A DNA stretch of 64,000 nt from Candidatus Omnitrophota bacterium (lineage in GTDB: Bacteria; Omnitrophota; Gorgyraeia; Gygaellales; Profunditerraquicolaceae). Each line of letters starts with the position of its first letter. The stretch's first letter is position 1. The stretch covers positions 9,101 through 73,100 of the forward strand of contig JAZDMX010000023.1 in the NCBI GenBank assembly GCA_043800555.1, given 5' to 3'. A program made the translations under genes and the position numbers. Shown piece by piece: positions 57,120-64,000 of the stretch. The notes beneath the pieces were generated by a model. It saw only the letters and a list, made by a program, of their open reading frames with translations, did no database searches and was not told the DNA's origin.

Positions 57120-57201
57120 AATTCTCTGAAAAAGGGGGACGTTTCTACTTTTCTAAGAGTAAACCCGGAAAAGTAGAAACGTCCCCCTTTTTCAGAGAAT
57201 T
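57120..57201. repeat. REP-like palindromic element, copy 6 (extended arms)
   Basis: AATTCTCTGAAAAAGGGGGACGTTTCTACTTTTC...GAAAAGTAGAAACGTCCCCCTTTTTCAGAGAATT. Confidence 0.9.
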
Positions 57202-57204
57202 CAG

Positions 57205-57960
57205 TTATAAGCCTAACGTCATTCCGTCATAAGCCGCTTCTACTTCCACGCCTAAACGCCCGGCCAATGCCTTTGCCTGGATATGCGGCTTAGCCATAAG
57301 CATAGTCCTGCCGAAATGGGTAAGTATGGCCTTTTTAGGCTTGCAGGCCTTAATTATTCTTTCGGCGTCCGCCAAACAAAGATGCTCTATGCCGGGATGG
57401 GGCTCAAAGAAAACCACCGGGATTATCAATATGTCTGTTTTATAAAAATTGCCCAATTCTTTGAAGAATTTCGTATCGGCAAGTAAACCAACGCTTGTGC
57501 CTCCCAGATTAAATTTTAAACCATAGGTCTCAACCGGATGGATATGCCGCATCGAAACTTTAAATTTGAAATCACCGGCTTGGTAATTTGCGTTTGGCTT
57601 TAAAATACTGATCTTTTCAGGAAGCTTAGCGGCATATTTCAAGATTACGGAATCCTCTCCTATGGCGTCCCGGGGGCAAAAGACAACCCCTCTTTTCTTA
57701 AAACCTCCCTCGGTCATCGCTTCAATCATTACATTTATATCATTGGAATGGTCCAGATGCTTATGGGTGAGGATAATGGCGCTTAATTCCGAAGGATGCA
57801 ACCTTGGGCGGCTGGCAGAACATCTCACTATGCTCCCGGGCCCGGGGTCTATTAAAACATCGGCATCTTTATATGAAACCCAAATCCCTCCCGAAGACCT
57901 AAGCTGCTCGATCATCACAAACCGCGCGCCTGCGGTACCTAAGAACTTTAGGAAAGCCAT
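57205..57960 (-). CDS. MBL-fold metallo-hydrolase
   Basis: FLGTAG, IDPGPG, THKHLDH, THFG, AYDG. Confidence 0.88.
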   Translation of the reverse strand: MAFLKFLGTAGARFVMIEQLRSSGGIWVSYKDADVLIDPGPGSIVRCSASRPRLHPSELSAIILTHKHLDHSNDINVMIEAMTEGGFKKRGVVFCPRDAIGEDSVILKYAAKLPEKISILKPNANYQAGDFKFKVSMRHIHPVETYGLKFNLGGTSVGLLADTKFFKELGNFYKTDILIIPVVFFEPHPGIEHLCLADAERIIKACKPKKAILTHFGRTMLMAKPHIQAKALAGRLGVEVEAAYDGMTLGL

Positions 57961-58433
57961 AATTTCCTCAATTCCTCGTTTATCTTATGCATCTGGGCGT
58001 AGGTAATCTCCGGCTCCGGAGGCTCATTTCTTGGGCGCATCAGCTTATCCGGGGACAAAAGGAAATCTTCCACGCTCTCCTGCCTGGCCCTGGAAAATCT
58101 GGCGAATAGCCCTATTTCTTTATCATCCGAAACAACAACTACATTCCCGGGGTTAGGGATCAATTCCACCAGCTTCTTTATTCTTTCGTCAGCGCTCTCT
58201 GCCCTCGAGAATATAACCATGATATTGCCTTTATCGGAGTTATCTAAACCCGGCGCAGGGTATCCGTCAAATACAACCCAAAACTTATTATTCGGGCTAG
58301 AGGCCGATTTTTTAGCCCTAATCAGCCGGATTAATTCCTCGCGGGGGCCTAAATTATTTTTCCGGGGGATTTGCTTTGCGAACTTGGGATGGTTGGTTAC
58401 ATTGTAACCGTCGATTATGTACTGTAAGGACAT
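57948..58433 (-). CDS. NYN-domain (YacP-like) ribonuclease
   Basis: IIDGYN, VVFDG, SADERI, VVSDDKEI. Confidence 0.85.
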   Translation of the reverse strand: MSLQYIIDGYNVTNHPKFAKQIPRKNNLGPREELIRLIRAKKSASSPNNKFWVVFDGYPAPGLDNSDKGNIMVIFSRAESADERIKKLVELIPNPGNVVVVSDDKEIGLFARFSRARQESVEDFLLSPDKLMRPRNEPPEPEITYAQMHKINEELRKLWLS

Positions 58434-59358
58434 AAATTAAGCCTCCTATCGCGCCATAGAACAAGATAAAAGAAAAACTCAAGAGCGACATGGCAAAAGC
58501 CAGGTTTTTCTCGACTCCGGCTTTGGCGAAAAAGAAAATCGTGGAAGCATCCCTTAAGCCTAACCCTCCGATAGATATAGGCAAAAGAGTTATCGCCCCG
58601 ATTATGGGAAGGAAGATAAAGAAATAGGCCAGGCTTATCTTTAAGCCTAAAGAGAGCGCGACAATATAAAAGGTAAACGACGGGACTGCCTGCACCGCGA
58701 TGGAAATAAGTATATTTTTCACTACGACCTTTGGCTTATCCCTGAACAGGTATATCTCCTCATGCAAATCGGTGATTAAGTCCCGGATTTTTCCGGCGTT
58801 AGGGCTTTTGAGAAGGCGGCTGATTTTGGAATATAAAAAACTGTTGAACAACAATAATAAAACGACAGCCAGCATACCGATGATTATCCCTAAAGCTATT
58901 ACAACGCTCCTGTCTTCAAGGATTTTCCAGCCCAAAAACATCGCAATCAAAGCTAAAATAACCAAGCCGATATAGCCGCTTAAGCGGTCCAGGAATATCG
59001 TGGCAATAACCTCTTTGGGTTTCTTGGTATATACAGCCAAATCAACGCTGCGCAGGAAATCCCCTCCTATTGTCGAAGGAAGAAATAAACTGAAAAATAC
59101 TCCCCCGGAAAAAGAAGTTACCACCCGCTTAAGAGGTATATTGATTTTTACCGCCTTAAGCAGCATTACCCAGCGGCAAAGGCCCAGGATATAGGTCAAG
59201 AAGAAAAACAAAAAGGCCAAAAGCAAAAGCGGTTTATTTATGCCCTTTATGACCTCTAAGATGCTTCTGCCATCCACCTGCCTGAATAAAAATACCAGGA
59301 GAATAACGCTTATAGCAACTCTTAGCAATATTGAAAATATCTTTTTGATGACTGCCAT
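58354..59358 (-). CDS. Lysylphosphatidylglycerol synthase TM / flippase-like protein
   Basis: RW..LL, FLPSTIGGD..R, DRLSG, LPISIGGLGLRD. Confidence 0.85.
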   Translation of the reverse strand: MAVIKKIFSILLRVAISVILLVFLFRQVDGRSILEVIKGINKPLLLLAFLFFFLTYILGLCRWVMLLKAVKINIPLKRVVTSFSGGVFFSLFLPSTIGGDFLRSVDLAVYTKKPKEVIATIFLDRLSGYIGLVILALIAMFLGWKILEDRSVVIALGIIIGMLAVVLLLLFNSFLYSKISRLLKSPNAGKIRDLITDLHEEIYLFRDKPKVVVKNILISIAVQAVPSFTFYIVALSLGLKISLAYFFIFLPIIGAITLLPISIGGLGLRDASTIFFFAKAGVEKNLAFAMSLLSFSFILFYGAIGGLIYVLTVHNRRLQCNQPSQVRKANPPEK

Positions 59359-59360
59359 GA

Positions 59361-60251
59361 TTATATCCCTTTACCGGTTATCGCCTGGTAAGCCTCCAGG
59401 TATTTCCGGCTTGTCCTGGCAATAATATCCTCCGGCAAAGAAGGCGCCGGAGGCGTTTTATCCCAGCCTAACGCCTCCAGGTAATCGCGCACGAATTGCT
59501 TATCGAAACTGGCCTGGGCCCTGCCCGGCCCATACGCATCCCGGGGCCAAAACCGGCTGGAATCAGGCGTCAATACCTCATCTATCAAAATAACCTCGTT
59601 ATTAAATATGCCGAATTCGAATTTTGTATCGGCTATAATTATGCCCTTATTTAAAGCGAACTTGGCCGCCTTCTCATAGATAGCGATGCTTGCCCGTAGG
59701 ATTTTGTCGAAAGCGTCCTTGCCGATTAATTTCTCGACATCTTCCGCAGTGACATTGCGGTCATGGCCGGAATCCTCCTTGGTAGAAGGCGTGAAAACAG
59801 GCTCCGCAAGCACAGCCGATTCTTTTAAACCCGGGGGCAATTTTATCCCGCATACCGACTGCCCTTTTTGATACTCTTTCCAGCCTGAACCCGATAAATA
59901 GCCCCTCACGATGCATTCTACGGGAAGCGGCCTGCATTTTAGAGCCAGCATCGAACGGCCGGCCAATTGTTTTTCAAATTGCCTTAACTCCTTGGGGTAT
60001 TTATTTACATCGGCGGTGATAAAATGGCTGGGTATAATATCTTTCAGGAAATCAAACCAAAAACAGGACAAAGCGGTTAATACCTCCCCTTTATAAGGTA
60101 TGCCGCAAGGCAAAACCGCGTCAAAGCAGGAAATCCTGTCAGTAGAGACTATCAAGAGCTTATCTCCCAAATCGTAAACATCCCTGACCTTGCCCTTGCG
60201 GAATAATTTCAGGCCCTTAAAATCGGTACCCAGCAATACTTCTTTATTCAT
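59361..60251 (-). CDS. purC: SAICAR synthetase
   Basis: GKVRDVY, TDRISCFD, ECIVRGYLSGSGW, ADTKFEFG, DEVLTPDSSRFW, DKQFVRD. Confidence 0.96.
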   Translation of the reverse strand: MNKEVLLGTDFKGLKLFRKGKVRDVYDLGDKLLIVSTDRISCFDAVLPCGIPYKGEVLTALSCFWFDFLKDIIPSHFITADVNKYPKELRQFEKQLAGRSMLALKCRPLPVECIVRGYLSGSGWKEYQKGQSVCGIKLPPGLKESAVLAEPVFTPSTKEDSGHDRNVTAEDVEKLIGKDAFDKILRASIAIYEKAAKFALNKGIIIADTKFEFGIFNNEVILIDEVLTPDSSRFWPRDAYGPGRAQASFDKQFVRDYLEALGWDKTPPAPSLPEDIIARTSRKYLEAYQAITGKGI

Positions 60252-62037
60252 AATATTTGAGGCGCTCACAAAGGCAGTTATACTCCTGCCATAATTCAGG
60301 AGGCAAATCCCTCTTGAATTGGGCAAAGAATTTCTTAATGCCTTTTAATTCTTCCTGCCAGTCTTTTTTACGCACTTCCAGCAACTTCTCCAAAGCTCCT
60401 TCGGAATGATTTAGCCCGGTCATATCAATATCCGTTTGATACGGCACATATCCTATCGGGGTCTTGAACGCCTCTACTTTATTGTTGCAACGGTCAAGCA
60501 CCCACTCTAAAACCCTTAAGTTTTCGGTAAAACCCGGCCATAAGAATTTACCGTTTTTATCCGTCTTGAACCAATTGACATGGAAAATCTTCGGGGCCTT
60601 GGCCATACGCTTGCCCATATCCAGCCAATGCCTGAAATAATACGCCATATTATAACCGCAGAACGGCAACATAGCCATGGGGTCCCGGCGCACTTGCCCC
60701 ACTTCCCCCACCTGGGCTGCGGTGCGTTCGGAAGCCATAGCCGCGCCGACAAACACGCCATGCTGCCAGTCAAACGACTCATAAACCAATGGGGCCAAAT
60801 GCTGCCTGCGGCCGCCAAAGACTATCGCCGATATCGGGACCCCGTGATGCTGCTCCAGCCTAAAGGACACCGAAGGGCAATTGGCAATCGGCGCGGTAAA
60901 CCTGCTGTTTGGATGAGCGCCCAAAACAAGCTTGCCAGTGGCATCTTTTAAACCGGGTTTCCAGGGACGGCCCTGCCAATCGATCCCGGATGCAGGCACC
61001 GGGCCATCGGCGCCCTCCCACCAGACTGTCTTATCCGGCTTTAGCAAAACATTGGTAAAAATAGTGTCCTTATTTATTGCCTCTACCATATTGGGGTTAG
61101 TCTTGGAATTGGTGCCCGGGGCAACGCCGAAAAACCCGGTTTCCGGATTAATCGCCCAAAGAGAACCGTCAGAATCCACGCGCATCCAGGCAAGATCATC
61201 GCCAACCGTCCAAATACGGTAACCCTTTACTTTTAACCCTTCCGGAGGGACAAGCATGGCAAGATTAGTCTTGCCGCAAGCGCTTGGAAAAGCCGCGGCA
61301 ATATATTCGATGTGGCCGTTAGGCTCTTCAATCCCCATAATCAGCATATGCTCGGCCAACCAGCATTCCTTGCGCGCCAGGAAACTTGCGATACGCAAAG
61401 ATAAGCATTTTTTACCGAGCAACACGTTCCCGCCGTAACCGGAACCAACGCTCCAGATAGTATTATCTTCCGGAAAATGCAAAATCAGCCTCTTTTTAAT
61501 ATCCAACTTGGCCTTAGAATGCAGGCATTTGGTAAAATTATTTTCTTTTTCAAGCTGCCTTAACACCGGTTCTCCCGAACGCGTCATAATCAGCATATTC
61601 AACACGACATAACGCGAATCCGTCAACTCAACCCCGATCTTGCTGAACCTTGAGCCAACCGGGCCCATAGAAAAAGGGATGACATACATAACCCTCCCCT
61701 TCATCGCTCCTTTAAATATGGACCTTGCCTTTTTATAGGCGGCAAACGGCGGCATCCAATTATTATTCGGCCCGGCGTCATGTTTTTTCCTGGTGCAGAT
61801 ATAAGTAAGGTGCTCGGTGCGGGCGACATCATCTATAGCAGTCCGGTGCAGGAAAGAACCGGGGTGTTTTTCCTGGCTTAACCGGATTAATTCACCGGTT
61901 TCAACTGCTTCTTTTTCCAGGATATTTTTCTGGGCCTCTGTGCCATCTATCCAAACAATATCCAGGGGTTGGCAAAGATTGGCCATTTCCGTTACCCAGT
62001 CTTTCAATTTTTTGTTGTTTGTAGGAAACCTCGTCAT
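60244..62037 (-). CDS. pckG: Phosphoenolpyruvate carboxykinase (GTP)
   Basis: GSGYGGN.LLGKKC, AFPSACGKTNLAM, VGDD.AW, HPNSRF, DPMAMLPFCGY. Confidence 0.96.
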   Translation of the reverse strand: MTRFPTNNKKLKDWVTEMANLCQPLDIVWIDGTEAQKNILEKEAVETGELIRLSQEKHPGSFLHRTAIDDVARTEHLTYICTRKKHDAGPNNNWMPPFAAYKKARSIFKGAMKGRVMYVIPFSMGPVGSRFSKIGVELTDSRYVVLNMLIMTRSGEPVLRQLEKENNFTKCLHSKAKLDIKKRLILHFPEDNTIWSVGSGYGGNVLLGKKCLSLRIASFLARKECWLAEHMLIMGIEEPNGHIEYIAAAFPSACGKTNLAMLVPPEGLKVKGYRIWTVGDDLAWMRVDSDGSLWAINPETGFFGVAPGTNSKTNPNMVEAINKDTIFTNVLLKPDKTVWWEGADGPVPASGIDWQGRPWKPGLKDATGKLVLGAHPNSRFTAPIANCPSVSFRLEQHHGVPISAIVFGGRRQHLAPLVYESFDWQHGVFVGAAMASERTAAQVGEVGQVRRDPMAMLPFCGYNMAYYFRHWLDMGKRMAKAPKIFHVNWFKTDKNGKFLWPGFTENLRVLEWVLDRCNNKVEAFKTPIGYVPYQTDIDMTGLNHSEGALEKLLEVRKKDWQEELKGIKKFFAQFKRDLPPELWQEYNCLCERLKYYE

Positions 62038-62094
62038 TAGTTAACTCCCTCCCCGGGCTTTAGCCCCCCCCTCTAAAACAAGCCCGGCCGCTTG

Positions 62095-63006
62095 TCAAAT
62101 CCTGGCTAAGTATTTATAGGCTGAATCGGCGGCAAGAGCTCCTTCTCCGCAGGCATTCACCACCTGATACAGGCTTTTGCTCACGCAATCCCCGCAGGCA
62201 AATACCCCATCCCTGGAAGCGCGCATTGTTTTATCGGTAATTATAAACCCGGATTCATCGGTTTCCAATATATTCTTTACGAAAGCCGTATCCGGAAGTA
62301 TGCCTACAAATATAAACACCCCGTCACATTTAATTTCCGAGCGTCCCAGCGTCTTTACATTCTTAAGCTTGGCTGACTCTACCTTATTTTCACCGCAAAG
62401 CTCTTCTACAACGCTATCCATAACAAATTTTACCCGGGAGTTCTTTCTTAGCTTATCTACCAATATCTCCGCGGCGCGGAATTCGTCGCGCCGGTGCACC
62501 AGGTGGACGGATTTAGCATAGCCGGCCAAAAATATAGCATCTTCGATTGCGCGGTCCCCTCCTCCGACTATTACTATGCCCTTATCCCTAAAAAGCGGCC
62601 CATCGCAAGTCCCGCAATAAGAAACCCCTCTGCCGGTAAACTTATCTTCGCCCTTAACCCCGAGCCTTTTCGGTTTGGCCCCCGCAGCTATAATTACCGC
62701 CTTTGTTTCAAAATTTTCCCCCGGTGTTTTAACCTGGTAGAATTTTCCTTGCGGCAGGACCTCTAATGCCTCTTTGTCCTCTATGCGCAAACCCAAAGAC
62801 TCCACCTGCTTCTTGAATTTATCCATCAATTCAAAAGTAGGTATGCCTTCCGGGAACCCGGGGTAATTTTCAATTGAAGGCGATAGGAGTATCTGTCCGC
62901 CGGGGGCCATCTTCTCAAGAACCAAAGCGTTTAACCTGAACCTTCCGGCATAGATAGCGGCGGTAAGGCCTGACGGCCCTGCGCCGATTATAATCAAATC
63001 ATGCAT
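62095..63006 (-). CDS. trxB: Thioredoxin reductase
   Basis: GAGPSGLTAAIY, ENYPGF, GVSYCGTCDG, GGGDRA, HRRDEFRA. Confidence 0.93.
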   Translation of the reverse strand: MHDLIIIGAGPSGLTAAIYAGRFRLNALVLEKMAPGGQILLSPSIENYPGFPEGIPTFELMDKFKKQVESLGLRIEDKEALEVLPQGKFYQVKTPGENFETKAVIIAAGAKPKRLGVKGEDKFTGRGVSYCGTCDGPLFRDKGIVIVGGGDRAIEDAIFLAGYAKSVHLVHRRDEFRAAEILVDKLRKNSRVKFVMDSVVEELCGENKVESAKLKNVKTLGRSEIKCDGVFIFVGILPDTAFVKNILETDESGFIITDKTMRASRDGVFACGDCVSKSLYQVVNACGEGALAADSAYKYLARI

Positions 63007-63092
63007 AGACCTATCTCCAAATACCCTCTCCTAAAAAAAGGGGGCGGGCGATCTCATTGCTTTGTCCTTAAAAGAACCTGGCGTAACGCGGC

Positions 63093-63245
63093 TTATTCTG
63101 CTCTTGGCGGCAAAAAACAACCGGGGAGCTCCTTCTTCCTGCGGTGATAGGCAACGCATTCGCAACATACGCCTTTTCTCGGGCAAAGGTCATGCTGGCA
63201 ACTGCAATTTAGAATATTATCTTTTTTATTCCGGCAGGCTTGCAT
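63093..63245 (-). CDS. Small Cys-rich protein (DUF6485-like; not in ORF track)
   Basis: MQACRNKKDNILNCSCQHDLCPRKGVCCECVAYHRRKKELPGCFLPPRAE. Confidence 0.65.
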   Translation of the reverse strand: MQACRNKKDNILNCSCQHDLCPRKGVCCECVAYHRRKKELPGCFLPPRAE

Positions 63246-63324
63246 ACCCGGCTTTGCCCCTTATCCAGCATTATGCTTAATATTTACCCGTAAGCCCGTA
63301 TACCTTAAGCAAGCCTTGGGTTAT

Positions 63325-63843
63325 TTATAAAGTAAGCGACTCGTTTTTACCCTTCTTCTGCAATTCCCTAAGCTCCTTGGCTATTTTTATCTTCTCCAGG
63401 ATAGCCGCATAATCCACTATCAGCTTGCCGTTTAAGTGGTCGATTTCATGCTGAAAAACGCAGGCAAGCAGGCCTTCGGCTTCGATATGCAAAGCCTTTC
63501 CGTTTTCATCCAGCGCTTCCAATTTGACCTTTTTAGCGCGCTTTACTTTTACAGAAATGCCCGGGACGCTAAGGCAGCCTTCCCTGTTGGTTTGCCAACC
63601 AAGGCATTTTATAATCCTGGGGTTAATTAATTTATAAAGCCCGCATCCGGTATCTGCGACAATCAAAGCCTGGCTTAATCCCACCTGGGGAGCGGCCAGG
63701 CCTATGCCCTGGCCATCATACATAACCCGGGCCATCCGGCTTAAAAGCTCTTTATGCCCGGCAGTGATCTTCTTGACCGCGGCCGACTTCTTTCTTAAAA
63801 CCGGGTCGCCAATTTTTCTAATTCTTAATCCGGTTTTTTCCAT
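63325..63843 (-). CDS. def: Peptide deformylase
   Basis: GDPVLR, GIGLAAPQVG, EGCLSVP, QHEIDHLNG. Confidence 0.96.
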   Translation of the reverse strand: MEKTGLRIRKIGDPVLRKKSAAVKKITAGHKELLSRMARVMYDGQGIGLAAPQVGLSQALIVADTGCGLYKLINPRIIKCLGWQTNREGCLSVPGISVKVKRAKKVKLEALDENGKALHIEAEGLLACVFQHEIDHLNGKLIVDYAAILEKIKIAKELRELQKKGKNESLTL

Positions 63844-64000
63844 CAACCTTGACTATTTTTGGGTTAATTTTTCCTGCTTCTTCATCCGTAGCGTTAACAT
63901 AAGCGAGTATAACCACCGCATCCCCGCTGCAGGCACCGCGAGCGGCCGGGCCATTCAAGCAGATTATGCCGCTATTTGCCTTTCCGCAGATAGCGTAAGT
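63818..64000 (-). CDS. panD: Aspartate 1-decarboxylase, 3' part (cut by window end)
   Basis: TYAICGKANSGIICLNGPAAR....GD.VVILAY...PKIVKVD..N. Confidence 0.85.
   Translation of the reverse strand, partial: TYAICGKANSGIICLNGPAARGACSGDAVVILAYVNATDEEAGKINPKIVKVDGKNRIKN

Overview
Bacterial chromosomal segment, probably from Candidatus Omnitrophota or a relative (inferred from gene content, not verified). Genes run on the + strand up to ~33.4 kb and on the - strand after it. They converge on a 28-bp dif-like site at 33485-33512, so the window probably spans the replication terminus. Housekeeping genes include hisS, aspS, phoH, ybeY, recO, panB/D/E, nfnAB-like genes, glyQS, ppdK, apt, lexA, hflX, miaA, miaB, purC, pckG, trxB and def. 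Five structures stand out. (1) A nested tRNA-Arg(CCT) locus: a GIY-YIG nuclease gene and an intact tRNA sit inside the anticodon arm of a second tRNA-Arg, whose two halves each carry the same 20-nt palindrome. (2) A ~7 kb array upstream of miaB: four degenerate, mosaic copies of the first ~15-17 miaB codons separate unrelated cargo genes, and no integrase is visible. (3) Six copies of a REP-like palindrome, mostly just upstream of TTGACA promoters. (4) A ParA ATPase fused to a glycogen-binding domain beside a GH57 gene. (5) A candidate LexA box ahead of a lexA-hypothetical-dinB cassette with a frameshifted dinB. All calls come from reading the sequence and recognising motifs; no searches were run.
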